A stretch of DNA of 64,000 nucleotides, from assembly GCA_964626595.1 (NCBI GenBank), contig CAZVFU010000005.1, positions 4,892 to 68,891 of the forward strand, read 5' to 3'. Below the pieces are notes generated by a model that ran no database searches, had not been told where the DNA came from, and saw only the letters and a program-made list of their open reading frames with translations. The stretch's first letter is position 1. Each line of letters begins with the position of its first letter. Below are positions 1 to 9,641 of the stretch, piece by piece. The position numbers and the translations under genes are program-made. The DNA is from an uncultured Saprospiraceae bacterium (GTDB lineage: Bacteria; Bacteroidota; Bacteroidia; Chitinophagales; Saprospiraceae).

Positions 1-17
1 CACTTTCTGGCCCCAGA

Positions 18-917
18 ATGTATTTTCAGCTGAATCAAAGGATGTATAAAAGCGCTCGAGGTGCCCAATGGGATATTGTCGTAAGTAATGATTTTGATAC
101 CCTTTTAGCGGGCTATCGTATATCCAGGGCAAGTCATGCAGCCTGGGTCCTCGACGCACATGAGCATTTTATTGAAGTGCCGGAGTTGATAGGTAGGGAT
201 AGCAAGCGATACGCTTGGCATGCCTTAGGGCTTTGGGCTAGCAAGCGCCTTGATGCTGCTTATACCGTTTCGGATTCACTATCCCGGATTTTGACAAGTA
301 CCTATGGGATTTCCTTTTCTACCATTGAAAATAGGCCCTGGTATCGCAGCGATTTTCGCGAGATAGACCCTGAGCCTCGTTTGTTATTTTATCAGGGCGC
401 ATTAAATCGAGGGCGCGGGTTAGAAACAGCTATTTTAGCTATGCGGGAAATGCCTAATTATAAATTGCAACTCGCCGGCGATGGGGATATCCGTGGGGAA
501 CTGGAAGCACTGGTACGGCGCTACCATCTCAGTGATCGTATTGAATTGCTGGGGCGGATTTCTCCTGATAAACTGGATGACTATACGGCCCGTGCATGGT
601 TGGGTTTAAATTTACTCGAAGGCCAGGGATTAAATTATTACTACTCGCTGGCCAATAAATTTTTTGACTATGCGCAGTGGGGAGTCCCTTCTGTAAACCC
701 GTCTTTTCCTGAATACAAAAAATACCAAAAGAGGTACGGAGGGTGTCTTCTGTTGGAGCATCTTAATCCGTCACAGTTCAAAAGTGCTGTGTTTTCACTC
801 GAAGATGATCCCGAAGCCTACTCCCGCTTGAAAGCAGGAGCTTTGAAAATGAAAGCAGAGTGTCATTGGGAGACTCAAATTTCAGAATTAGAAAAAATAT
901 ATTCTTCAGTTTTATAG
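18..917 (+). CDS. Glycosyltransferase, GT-B fold, family 4 / group 1-like; probably 5'-truncated by the window edge
   Basis: The 299-aa ORF has a GT4-like C-terminal half (LLFYQGALNRGRGLE, KLQLAGDGD, LGLNLLE...NKFFDY). The frame stays open back to nt 3, so the true start may lie upstream of the window. Confidence 0.65.
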   Translation: MYFQLNQRMYKSARGAQWDIVVSNDFDTLLAGYRISRASHAAWVLDAHEHFIEVPELIGRDSKRYAWHALGLWASKRLDAAYTVSDSLSRILTSTYGISFSTIENRPWYRSDFREIDPEPRLLFYQGALNRGRGLETAILAMREMPNYKLQLAGDGDIRGELEALVRRYHLSDRIELLGRISPDKLDDYTARAWLGLNLLEGQGLNYYYSLANKFFDYAQWGVPSVNPSFPEYKKYQKRYGGCLLLEHLNPSQFKSAVFSLEDDPEAYSRLKAGALKMKAECHWETQISELEKIYSSVL

Positions 918-1025
918 GTAGAGATTTGATTACAGAGGTCTCAACGTAAAAACTATCCGAATTCCCATACGCCTTTGACTAAGATGCATCTCATTAAAGA
1001 AAGATAATATTTTTCTAAAGTATTT

Positions 1026-3167
1026 CTACTGCGCTTTTCCCACAAGGTCTAGCAAAAAGGCATACTCTCTGGCTGTATCTTTATAGCGTTCAAACCGACC
1101 TGAAGCCCCTCCATGACCGGTATCCATATTGGTGTAGAGTAAAATCGGCGCAGTCCCTTGTTGATGATCCCGAAGTCTGGCGACCCATTTTGCGGGTTCC
1201 CAATATTGAACCTGAGAATCGTGAAGGCCGGTGGTTGCTAAAATCGCAGGATACTCTTGATCGGTAATATTGTCGTAGGGCGAGTAAGACTTGATATACT
1301 CGTACGCATCTTTTTCGTTGGGATTGCCCCACTCATCGTATTCTCCAGTGGTCAAAGGAATGGTTTCGTCTAACATGGTGGTCAGCACGTCCACAAAAGG
1401 AACAGCAGCAACAATACCTCGAAATAGATCTGGGCGCATATTGACAACTGCACCCATCAATAATCCGCCGGCACTTCCGCCCATAGCCAATAGCTGATCG
1501 GATTCAGTATCATTATTTTCAATGAAATGGGAAGCCACATCAATAAAGTCTGTAAAGGTGTTTTTCTTGTTCATTAATTTACCATCCTCGTACCATTTTC
1601 GCCCCATTTCTTCACCACCTCGAATGTGAGCAATGGCAAACATGACGCCCCGATCCAATAAACTCAATCGCACATGAGAAAAATAGGGATCTATGGAATA
1701 ACCATAAGATCCGTATCCATATAATAGCAGAGGTTGGGGAGAGCTTCGATCCAAATCCTTATGGTACACCAGGGAAACGGGAACCTGCTCGCCATCTCTT
1801 GCTGTGACAATAATACGCTCCGAAAGGTAATTGTCTTTTGAGAAAGAGCCGCGGACGTCTTGCTCTTTGATCAACTCCAGTCTTCCAGAGTCAACGTGAT
1901 AATCCATAGAGCTCATGGGGGTTGTCATGGACGTATACTGAATTCGAATCACCCGGGAATCTTTTTCCTCATTTACACCTATGTAGCTGGTGTAAGCATC
2001 CTCTTCAAAATCAATATAAAAGGGATCATCTTTCCAATCATACAATGCAATTTTGGATATTCCTTTCACGCGCTCTGAAACAGCCAGACCTCCTTCAAAC
2101 AATTCAACATCCTGAATGAGAATGTCTTCCCGATGTGCAATTTTCTCTTCCCAATTTGTCTTCCCGGTGGCTTGCTCTTCGCAAGTCATGATTTGAAAAT
2201 TTTCGGCTTCCCAATTTGTTAAAATGTAGAAGGTGTTATCTAAATGGTCGATATCGTATTCAAGGCCGCGTTCGCGGGAGTGAAATAGAATAGGTTCGCG
2301 ATCAGGGGTATCTGCGGGAACGATTCGATACTCGCTTGTTTTGGTAGCTGAAGAAGCGATGAAAATATATTTATTCGATTTTGATTTATCCACATAACAA
2401 ACAAAAGTCGGATCTTTTTCTTCATAAACTAAGTGGATGGATTGCTCGTCATGAATATTCTGTCGCCAAATTTGAAAAGGTCTTAAGGTGGCATCCTTTC
2501 GACTGAAAAACACCGTTGTATTGTCATTTGCCCAACTGGTTTGGCCAGTTGTGTTTTGAATGGTGGTTTCAAGTGTTTTTCCACTTTTGAGATCTTTAAA
2601 ATATATCGTATAAATTCGGCGGCTCAATGTATCTACACCATAGGCTAACCATTGGTTATCTGGGCTCACAGATAATCCGGTAACCTGATAATAAGCATAT
2701 CCGTCTGCCAGTTCATTTACATCTAGAATGATTTCTTCCTCTGCATCAAGGCTTCCCTTCTTTCGAGCATAAATGGGGTGCTCCAGCCCCTCTTCATATT
2801 TGACGTAATAGTAGTACCCGTTCTTTAGGTATGGTGCGGAAGTATCATTGGGCGCAATTCGGGATTTGATTTCCTCAAAAAGAGAATCCTGGAATCCTTG
2901 CAGCCCACTCATGACACTATCCAAATATCTATTTTCGGCCTCTAAATGTGCCTTGACATCAGGGGCAGTTCTTTCATTCAACCAGTAATAGGGATCGTGG
3001 CGTTCATCATTGTGTTTGGCTAAGATCGTATCTTTTTGTGCAGCTTGGGGAGCCGTGACCTCCTGTGCTTTGTCAAGTATATTCATATCTTTATTTTTTG
3101 CGTCTTTACATTGAAACAATAACAAGAGCGAACCTAAAAGGATGAAGAGTATTGAGTATCGTTTCAT
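1026..3167 (-). CDS. ptrB: Oligopeptidase B (protease II), S9A prolyl oligopeptidase family, with N-terminal signal or lipoprotein-like peptide
   Basis: 713 aa. It has the GGSAGG nucleophile elbow (MGGSAGGLLMGAV), VPFVDVLTTMLDETIPLTTGEYDEWGNP, YSPYDN and DTGHGG, which match the oligopeptidase B catalytic domain after a beta-propeller-length N-terminal half. The N-terminus MKRYSILFILLGSLLLLFQC is hydrophobic. Confidence 0.9.
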   Translation of the reverse strand: MKRYSILFILLGSLLLLFQCKDAKNKDMNILDKAQEVTAPQAAQKDTILAKHNDERHDPYYWLNERTAPDVKAHLEAENRYLDSVMSGLQGFQDSLFEEIKSRIAPNDTSAPYLKNGYYYYVKYEEGLEHPIYARKKGSLDAEEEIILDVNELADGYAYYQVTGLSVSPDNQWLAYGVDTLSRRIYTIYFKDLKSGKTLETTIQNTTGQTSWANDNTTVFFSRKDATLRPFQIWRQNIHDEQSIHLVYEEKDPTFVCYVDKSKSNKYIFIASSATKTSEYRIVPADTPDREPILFHSRERGLEYDIDHLDNTFYILTNWEAENFQIMTCEEQATGKTNWEEKIAHREDILIQDVELFEGGLAVSERVKGISKIALYDWKDDPFYIDFEEDAYTSYIGVNEEKDSRVIRIQYTSMTTPMSSMDYHVDSGRLELIKEQDVRGSFSKDNYLSERIIVTARDGEQVPVSLVYHKDLDRSSPQPLLLYGYGSYGYSIDPYFSHVRLSLLDRGVMFAIAHIRGGEEMGRKWYEDGKLMNKKNTFTDFIDVASHFIENNDTESDQLLAMGGSAGGLLMGAVVNMRPDLFRGIVAAVPFVDVLTTMLDETIPLTTGEYDEWGNPNEKDAYEYIKSYSPYDNITDQEYPAILATTGLHDSQVQYWEPAKWVARLRDHQQGTAPILLYTNMDTGHGGASGRFERYKDTAREYAFLLDLVGKAQ

Positions 3168-3279
3168 TTTATGTAATTTTTGCCAACGAAGATAGATATT
3201 TTCTAAGGGCTTCCCATTTTAGAAAATGATCGAACTACCTTAAACCGAATACGGAATAATTTGAGATATTTGCCCGCCG

Positions 3280-4617
3280 ATGAAAGAACTTCCCTCATAT
3301 AGGCACATTTTTAATCTCTCGTTTCCCATCATGTTGGGAAGTGCAGCTCAGAATTTAATTGCATTAACGGATTCTTTGTTTCTCTATCACTTTTCTGATG
3401 TGGACTTCGCCGCTATTGGGCTGGTTAGCGTATTTTATCTGACGATTAATGCAATTGGCTTTGGTTTCTCTAAGGGTGGGCAGATCATGATGGCAAGACG
3501 GTTTGGCGAGAAAAACTTTCTTCTGCTTGGCAAGACGTTCCGAATGCTGTTTTTCTTCGAGTTGCTGCTCGCTGCAGGTATGTTTCTTTTTCTCTGGTAT
3601 GGAACCCCCTGGCTTTTCAAACTCTTAATTCAATCCAATGAAGTGTACGACCGGTGCTTAGATTATCTGGTTCATCGCTCGTGGGGTGTGTTTTTTGCGT
3701 ATGCGGGTTTATGTATGATGGCTTTGTATATGGGTATTTCCAGATCCAAATTTATCATTGTAAATACGGTCGTGCTTGCCATAGTCAACATATTTCTGGA
3801 TTACGTTTTAATATTCGGTCACTGGGGATTCCCGGAGTGGGGGATAAAAGGGGCAGGCCTGGCCAGTAGCTCCTCGGAAGCCGTAGCAGTTCTGTTGTTT
3901 CTGGCTTATGCCCTGTATGACAAAAAACTACGTCCTATGCAACTCTGGAATTGGGGTCGAGTAAAACTCAATTTGCTTCAAAGTATTTTTAGAATTGCAT
4001 CTCCAATAGTTATTCAATATGCAGTTGGAGTAGGAAGCTGGTTTGTTTTCTTTTTATTGATTGAAAAAATGGGAGAGGAGCCGCTGGCCATAACAAATCT
4101 AGGGCGAATAATCTACCTGGGATTGAGCATTCCTTGTTGGGGGTTTGCTTCCGGAGTGAATACCCTGGTCAGCAATGCTATAGGACAGGGGCACCCCAAA
4201 CTAGTTCTTCCAATTATCAGAAGAACAGCCTGGTTCACATTCCTTTTTACCGTTTTACTTGCTCTACCTGTTATTATTCTTCCTCAGTACGTACTTTATC
4301 CCCTATTTGGTCGGGAAGATATGGCTTTGTTTGTAGCCGCTCAGCCAGTCTTTTATGTCATATTACTTATTTTAATGACATTTTCTATAGCAAGCATATA
4401 CTTCAATGGCCTAAGTGGAACCGGGGCCACGCTCTTTGCTCTTAAAATGCAATCATCTACCGCTGTTGTTTATGTCGGCATTTTATTTTTTGCTATTCTT
4501 ATTCTGGATGTTTCACTCCCCTGGGCCTGGGCTATCGAAATCTTTTACTGGGTTTTGATATTTTTGTTATCCTTTTATTATCTCCGGACTGAAAAATGGA
4601 AAGATGTTGTATTCTAA
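3280..4617 (+). CDS. MATE family efflux transporter
   Basis: 445 aa and about 12 predicted TM helices. The N-terminal pattern (FNLSFPIMLGSAAQNLIALTDSLFL) and overall size are typical of MATE/NorM-like transporters. Confidence 0.8.
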   Translation: MKELPSYRHIFNLSFPIMLGSAAQNLIALTDSLFLYHFSDVDFAAIGLVSVFYLTINAIGFGFSKGGQIMMARRFGEKNFLLLGKTFRMLFFFELLLAAGMFLFLWYGTPWLFKLLIQSNEVYDRCLDYLVHRSWGVFFAYAGLCMMALYMGISRSKFIIVNTVVLAIVNIFLDYVLIFGHWGFPEWGIKGAGLASSSSEAVAVLLFLAYALYDKKLRPMQLWNWGRVKLNLLQSIFRIASPIVIQYAVGVGSWFVFFLLIEKMGEEPLAITNLGRIIYLGLSIPCWGFASGVNTLVSNAIGQGHPKLVLPIIRRTAWFTFLFTVLLALPVIILPQYVLYPLFGREDMALFVAAQPVFYVILLILMTFSIASIYFNGLSGTGATLFALKMQSSTAVVYVGILFFAILILDVSLPWAWAIEIFYWVLIFLLSFYYLRTEKWKDVVF

Positions 4618-4772
4618 AGGCAAACCCATAAAAAATAAGCTTTTCTCTCTCATGCCCTCTGACTCTTCATAATCCTTTTAGATAACAGATCATATTTTCG
4701 ATAAAGACGCCTATCATAATTCTTTGGAAATTTGACATGCGCTTGTTCCTCTGACTTGTACCTTTCTTTTTC

Positions 4773-4780
4773 TATCTTTG
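4773..4780 (+). promoter_or_regulatory. Candidate Bacteroidota -7 promoter box (TAnnTTTG) upstream of smc
   Basis: TATCTTTG lies 7 nt before the ATG at 4787, which would imply a very short or absent leader. This is a motif match only. Confidence 0.25.
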
Positions 4781-4786
4781 TCGGCT

Positions 4787-7700
4787 ATGAAGCTTCTCCG
4801 CCTTGAAATGAAGGGATTTAAGAGTTTTGCCCGGGAAACTGTCATTCATTTTAATGAAAGAATTACCGGTGTCGTCGGCCCAAATGGGTCGGGTAAATCT
4901 AATGTCGTTGATGCTATTCGTTGGGTTTTGGGAGAGCAGAAGTCTTCAGAACTCCGGCTGGAAAAAATGGGCGATATTCTGTTTAATGGAACTCAAAAAA
5001 GAAAACCCGCGCCTGTCGCTCGGGTTTCTGTCACCTTTGAAAATGACAAAGGCCTCATTAATTCCGAGTACTCCGAATTATCCGTGACTCGAATTTTATA
5101 TCGATCGGGAGAAAGTGAATACCGACTCAATGATGTCTCCTGTCGACTTAAAGACATCCGCTCTGTTCTTTTAGATACAGGCATTGGAAGTAATTCCTAT
5201 GCCATTATCGCTTTGGGTATGGTGGATGATATCCTTAGCGATAAAGATCAGGCCAGAAGAAAAATGTTCGAGCAAGCGGCTGGAATTTCCAAATACAAAT
5301 CTCGCAAGCGCGAAACGCTCAACAAACTAAAACTGACAAAAGCGGACCTGGATCGGGTAGAAGACTTGCTGCACGAACTCGAGAATACACTTAAACAACA
5401 AAAAAAGCAGGCTCGAAGAGCTGAAAAATACTTGAACTTAAAGGATAAATATAAATCCTATAGCATCGATTTAGCGATATTGAACTCCAGTCGTGCCCGG
5501 TCGGACTTCAAGTCGATAAAAGAGGAGTTGGGGCAAGTACAATCTGCATTTGACGAAATTACAGCCCAAATCAATACGAAAGAGGCAGAAGTAGAGAGTA
5601 AAAAGCAGATTAATCTCGAAAAAGAAAGCTCAGTATCTCAAAATCAAAGAGACCTTTCTGCGATTGTTCGCGAAACCCAATCTCTTGAAAACAAAAGGGA
5701 TATTACCCGCCAAAGTATTTCCTACGGACAGCAGGCGATTAAAAGACTGGAAAATCAAATTTCAGACAAAACTCAAAAGCTAAAAGAGTATACGAGCACC
5801 ATTACTCGCCTTGAGTCTGAAATTCTCGCGGAGAATGCGATCCTAAAAGAGCGTCAGGATGCTCTTGAGAAACTTAAGACTCAAAAGACAGAAAGTCAGA
5901 AATCATATCAGGAAATAAAATCGGGGCGATCTGATCGACTGCAGAAATTGCAAGTTCTCCAACAGCAGGAATATGATTGGAAACAAAAAATTGCTGTACT
6001 CGAATCGCGTGTTGAAACTATCCAAAGCCAAATGAAACGCTTTGATGAGCAATTGGAATCGCAATCGCAGCGAAAAAGTGAGTTGAAGGCAGAATGGGAC
6101 CGCCAAAATGAATTATTGATCCAGCTGGAACACAATCTTAACCAACTTCAAAAGAATGAAGCCGAGCGCAAAGAAATGCTGGTTTCCCTTGAAGAGCAAA
6201 AGGAGGAAAAGACAAAAGAAGCTCAGGAGCTGGAGCGGAAATACGACGCTCTTCAAAATGAATTTAAATTGCTCAAAAACCTGGTTGAAAAACTCGAGGG
6301 ATTTCCGGAATCGACCAAATTTCTCATGCGCTCAAAGAAATGGAACAAGCCAGCAGCCCTCTTTTCGGATGTGCTGATTTCTCCAGCAGAGTATCGAGCC
6401 GCATTGGAAAATTATTTAGAAAATTATCTCAGTCACTTTATCGTGAACCAGGCTCAGGATGCATTGGAAGGGATCAAATTGCTCAAAGAATCCCAAAAGG
6501 GTAAAGCACACTTTTTGCTAAACAATATCTCTGAAAACTCATCTCAAACTCAGGACATACCTCAGGCAAAACCCGCCTTGCAAGTTGTCGAAACCGACTC
6601 CGCCTACGCCGGCTTAATTGGACAGCTACTTCACGAGGTTTATCTGGTTGAGAACGAAGACCTGGGCTATAGCCTTTCTCAGCAATATCCGGACTATACC
6701 TTCCTCGTCAAGGATGGTAGCGCTTCCTTTCACAAATCACTCATGAGCGGAGGATCCTCCGGCCTATTTGAAGGAAAACGGCTAGGGCGAAAGAAAAACC
6801 TGAAAAAAATTGAAAGGGAAATCCATTCGATTTCTCAGGATTTGCAAAATAGGCATCAAACCATCCAATCTCTGACTCATGAGATTCATGGCCTGAAAAA
6901 AGAACAGCAAGAAGAGGAAATGAGAGCCCTGCAGGCTAAACTTGCAGATGCGAAAAGCGCCACGCAAAAAACGAGTTTACAGCTTTCAAACCTGGATGAA
7001 GCAGCCGGGGAATTCCAAAGCCAAAAACAAAATTTAGCGACCGAAAAATCCGAAATTCATAAACAAATTATCCATATCCAGGAGCAATGGGAAGGCCTGA
7101 AAAAGGAAAAGTTTGAGCTGGAAAAAAAAGTCGAACAAGTCGACTCCATTTACGAACAGCATGCACAGACTTTTTCTGAACTATCCCAAAAATACAATGA
7201 GGCACATATCAAGCTCATTCAGCAGGAAAATAGATGTAGCCAGCTAGAAAAAGATCTACAATACCAGAAATCCAGAAAGACGGAACTCTCAGATTTGCTC
7301 GAACAGCATAAAACGGAAATTGAAGAGCAAACAGAAGAGCAAAAAAAGCACAAGCAAACAGAAATTGAAACCAAAAACCGGCTAGCTCAACTATACCGGG
7401 ATAAAGAACACAAAAGTGAAGCCCTTAATGCTGCGGAACGCATTTATTTTGAAGCGCGAAACATGATATCGGGACTTGAAAAAGAGGTGAAGCAGCTTCT
7501 CCAGCAACAGAGACAAAAGCAGGAACTTATCCAATCCCTGAAAGAGCGCCACACGGAGTCTAAAATGGTTCTTCATGGTATTTCTGAACGCCTGAAAGTG
7601 GAATTCGATATTTCAATAAATCAGATTATTGATCAGTCCCCCGATTTCGAGGGTACCCGTGAGGAATTGGATCATGAGTTGACGAAGATCAAGGGAAAGT

Positions 7701-8350
7701 TGCAAAATTTTGGCGATGTGAATCCCATGGCTGTCGAAGCATTTAAAGAAACGCAGGAGCGTTATGACCTGATGCTCAATCAGAGAAATGACATTCTTGA
7801 TGCTCAGGATAAATTGGAAACTACGATTAAGGAAATTGAAAAGCAGGCCACAGAACAATTCATGGAGGCTTTCGAAAAAATACGGACCAATTTTATTGAT
7901 GTGTTTCGCACCCTATTCACCGAAGGTGATGACGCAGATCTAATTCTCAGCGATCCCGAGGATCCTCTGGAGTCACTCGTCGAAATCGTCGCAAAACCGA
8001 AAGGAAAACGCCCTAAAAGCCTATCGCAGTTGTCGGGCGGTGAGAAAACGCTGACCGCGACTGCACTATTGTTCGCTCTCTATCTACTGAAACCAGCCCC
8101 GTTTTGCGTTTTTGACGAGGTGGATGCCCCATTGGATGATGCTAATATTGAAAAATTCAATCGCATTATTAAGCGATTTGCGGAGCAGTCCCAGTTCATC
8201 ATCGTTACTCATAATAAGTCCACTATGGCTGCCGTCGACATTATTTATGGCGTGTATATGAACGAACCTGGCGTTTCCGGCCTCAGTCCGGTCGATTTCC
8301 GAAAATTGGAGCACAAGTCAGTGACAGATACACTTTCTACAGCCAATTAA
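4787..8350 (+). CDS. smc: Chromosome segregation protein SMC
   Basis: It has an N-terminal Walker A (GPNGSGKSN), about 900 aa of coiled-coil-like Glu/Lys/Gln-rich sequence with a central hinge, the C-terminal signature LSGGEKTLTA and Walker B FCVFDEVDAPLD. The ORF track starts at TTG 4778; I prefer ATG 4787 (MKLLRLEMKGFKSF). Confidence 0.95.
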   Translation: MKLLRLEMKGFKSFARETVIHFNERITGVVGPNGSGKSNVVDAIRWVLGEQKSSELRLEKMGDILFNGTQKRKPAPVARVSVTFENDKGLINSEYSELSVTRILYRSGESEYRLNDVSCRLKDIRSVLLDTGIGSNSYAIIALGMVDDILSDKDQARRKMFEQAAGISKYKSRKRETLNKLKLTKADLDRVEDLLHELENTLKQQKKQARRAEKYLNLKDKYKSYSIDLAILNSSRARSDFKSIKEELGQVQSAFDEITAQINTKEAEVESKKQINLEKESSVSQNQRDLSAIVRETQSLENKRDITRQSISYGQQAIKRLENQISDKTQKLKEYTSTITRLESEILAENAILKERQDALEKLKTQKTESQKSYQEIKSGRSDRLQKLQVLQQQEYDWKQKIAVLESRVETIQSQMKRFDEQLESQSQRKSELKAEWDRQNELLIQLEHNLNQLQKNEAERKEMLVSLEEQKEEKTKEAQELERKYDALQNEFKLLKNLVEKLEGFPESTKFLMRSKKWNKPAALFSDVLISPAEYRAALENYLENYLSHFIVNQAQDALEGIKLLKESQKGKAHFLLNNISENSSQTQDIPQAKPALQVVETDSAYAGLIGQLLHEVYLVENEDLGYSLSQQYPDYTFLVKDGSASFHKSLMSGGSSGLFEGKRLGRKKNLKKIEREIHSISQDLQNRHQTIQSLTHEIHGLKKEQQEEEMRALQAKLADAKSATQKTSLQLSNLDEAAGEFQSQKQNLATEKSEIHKQIIHIQEQWEGLKKEKFELEKKVEQVDSIYEQHAQTFSELSQKYNEAHIKLIQQENRCSQLEKDLQYQKSRKTELSDLLEQHKTEIEEQTEEQKKHKQTEIETKNRLAQLYRDKEHKSEALNAAERIYFEARNMISGLEKEVKQLLQQQRQKQELIQSLKERHTESKMVLHGISERLKVEFDISINQIIDQSPDFEGTREELDHELTKIKGKLQNFGDVNPMAVEAFKETQERYDLMLNQRNDILDAQDKLETTIKEIEKQATEQFMEAFEKIRTNFIDVFRTLFTEGDDADLILSDPEDPLESLVEIVAKPKGKRPKSLSQLSGGEKTLTATALLFALYLLKPAPFCVFDEVDAPLDDANIEKFNRIIKRFAEQSQFIIVTHNKSTMAAVDIIYGVYMNEPGVSGLSPVDFRKLEHKSVTDTLSTAN

Positions 8351-8369
8351 TTTACTTTTTGTGAATGCC

Positions 8370-8536
8370 TGGGCGTGTCCGCCTGCCGGCGGACCGGGCT
8401 ATTCGCTCATAGTCAGGGCTCTATGTGCCGGCATCCGTATGGCTGCGCAGGGCTTCCTTTCGGTCGCCTTCTCGCTTTACGGCTGCTTCGTCACCTACAG
8501 CCCTGCCTGCCGCTGCTATCCCTCACGCAGGGGGGA
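8370..8536 (+). repeat. GC-rich hairpin-dense intergenic element, copy A
   Basis: It starts TGGGCGTGTCC. A perfect 7-bp hairpin follows (GTCCGCC tgcc GGCGGAC, 8377-8394), then CCGGGCTATTCGCT and a GC-rich interior with further stems (CAGGGCT...AGCCCTG). It ends GCTGCTATCCCTCACGCAGGGG. The same architecture occurs at 30480-30703 (-), 39904-40079 (+) and 55105-55295 (-). Confidence 0.6.
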
Positions 8537-8662
8537 TCTTTATATGACAGACTGAAGTCCAAAACGATAAAGGAATGATTCAGTCCTAGTCTGGGAAAGG
8601 GACAATCTGTGAGTCGAGATCATATATAGGTAAAGTTTTTATATAAAATTTAACAATATGAC

Positions 8663-8670
8663 TATATTTG
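8663..8670 (+). promoter_or_regulatory. Candidate -7 promoter box (TAnnTTTG) upstream of thyA
   Basis: TATATTTG lies 23 nt before the thyA ATG. Motif match only. Confidence 0.3.
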
Positions 8671-8692
8671 TGTCACCATATAAAGAAATAGT

Positions 8693-9487
8693 ATGCGAAC
8701 ATATTTAGATTTGTTGCAGGATATTTTAGATCAGGGTGTCGATAAATCTGATAGGACAGGGGTCGGAACGCGATCTGTTTTCGGGAGGCAAGTTCGCTTT
8801 AACTTGCAAGAAGGATTTCCCCTGATTACCACGAAAAAAGTCCATTTAAAATCTATCATTTACGAACTGCTCTGGTTCTTAAAAGGAGATACCAACGTGA
8901 AGTATCTGCAAGAGCATAATGTTCGCATTTGGAATGAATGGGCTAAAGATGATGGAAGTTTAGGTCCGATTTATGGGAGACAATGGAGAAGTTGGCCCGA
9001 TGGCTCTGAAAGTGGAATCGATCAGATTCAACAAGCCATTGAGGCGATTAAAACCAATCCGGATTCTCGACGAATAGTTGTCAGTGCCTGGAATGTTGCT
9101 GAACTTGAAGAGATGCAGCTGAACCCCTGCCACGTAATGTTTCAGTTTTATGTTGCAGAGGGAAGGCTCTCATGTCAATTGTATCAGCGATCTGCAGATG
9201 TGTTTTTAGGGGTGCCCTTCAATATAGCCTCCTATAGTTTATTGACAATGATGATCGCTCAAGTTTGTGATCTGCAAATTGGTGAATTTGTACACACATT
9301 TGGCGATCTTCACTTATATCAAAATCACTTTGAGCAAGCCCGGCTTCAGTTAAGTCGAGAACCTAGAGCTTTACCTACGATGAAAATAAACCCGAACGTA
9401 AAAAATATTGATCAATTTTCTTACAATGACTTTCAGCTCCTGAATTATGATCCACATCCATCCATTAAAGCAAAGGTGGCGGTATGA
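8693..9487 (+). CDS. thyA: Thymidylate synthase (ThyA type)
   Basis: 264 aa. Near-canonical ThyA blocks are present: [22 protein letters not shown]-like [15 protein letters not shown], the active-site PCH ([12 protein letters not shown]), [18 protein letters not shown] and GDLHLYQNH. Confidence 0.97.
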   Translation: MRTYLDLLQDILDQGVDKSDRTGVGTRSVFGRQVRFNLQEGFPLITTKKVHLKSIIYELLWFLKGDTNVKYLQEHNVRIWNEWAKDDGSLGPIYGRQWRSWPDGSESGIDQIQQAIEAIKTNPDSRRIVVSAWNVAELEEMQLNPCHVMFQFYVAEGRLSCQLYQRSADVFLGVPFNIASYSLLTMMIAQVCDLQIGEFVHTFGDLHLYQNHFEQARLQLSREPRALPTMKINPNVKNIDQFSYNDFQLLNYDPHPSIKAKVAV

Positions 9488-9563
9488 GAAGATGCTGCAA
9501 TTTAGACAAGTTCTAAATAAAATCGATTAGCATGGCTTTATTGGTTTTAGACGGAAAGGATTC

Positions 9564-9571
9564 TATTTTTG
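9564..9571 (+). promoter_or_regulatory. Candidate -7 promoter box (TAnnTTTG) upstream of the actA operon
   Basis: TATTTTTG lies about 70 nt upstream of the actA ATG. Motif match only. Confidence 0.3.
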
Positions 9572-9641
9572 AGTGACCAAATTAAGACGCAGATAAGCGT
9601 GATATACGACAATGATTGACCTACATAATTAGACATTAGAT

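Noticed and set aside
8361-8578. Two overlapping ORFs (64 and 67 aa) predicted inside GC-rich element copy A. Analogous ORFs occur at 30435-30629 (-) and 55114-55374 (+) inside copies B and D.
   Set aside because: They exist only because the GC-rich repeat lacks stop codons. Their products are Arg/Ala/Gly/Pro/Cys-rich low-complexity strings, their start contexts are poor, and they occur in different frames and strands relative to the conserved element. One also runs antisense through tRNA-His. I treat them as non-coding.
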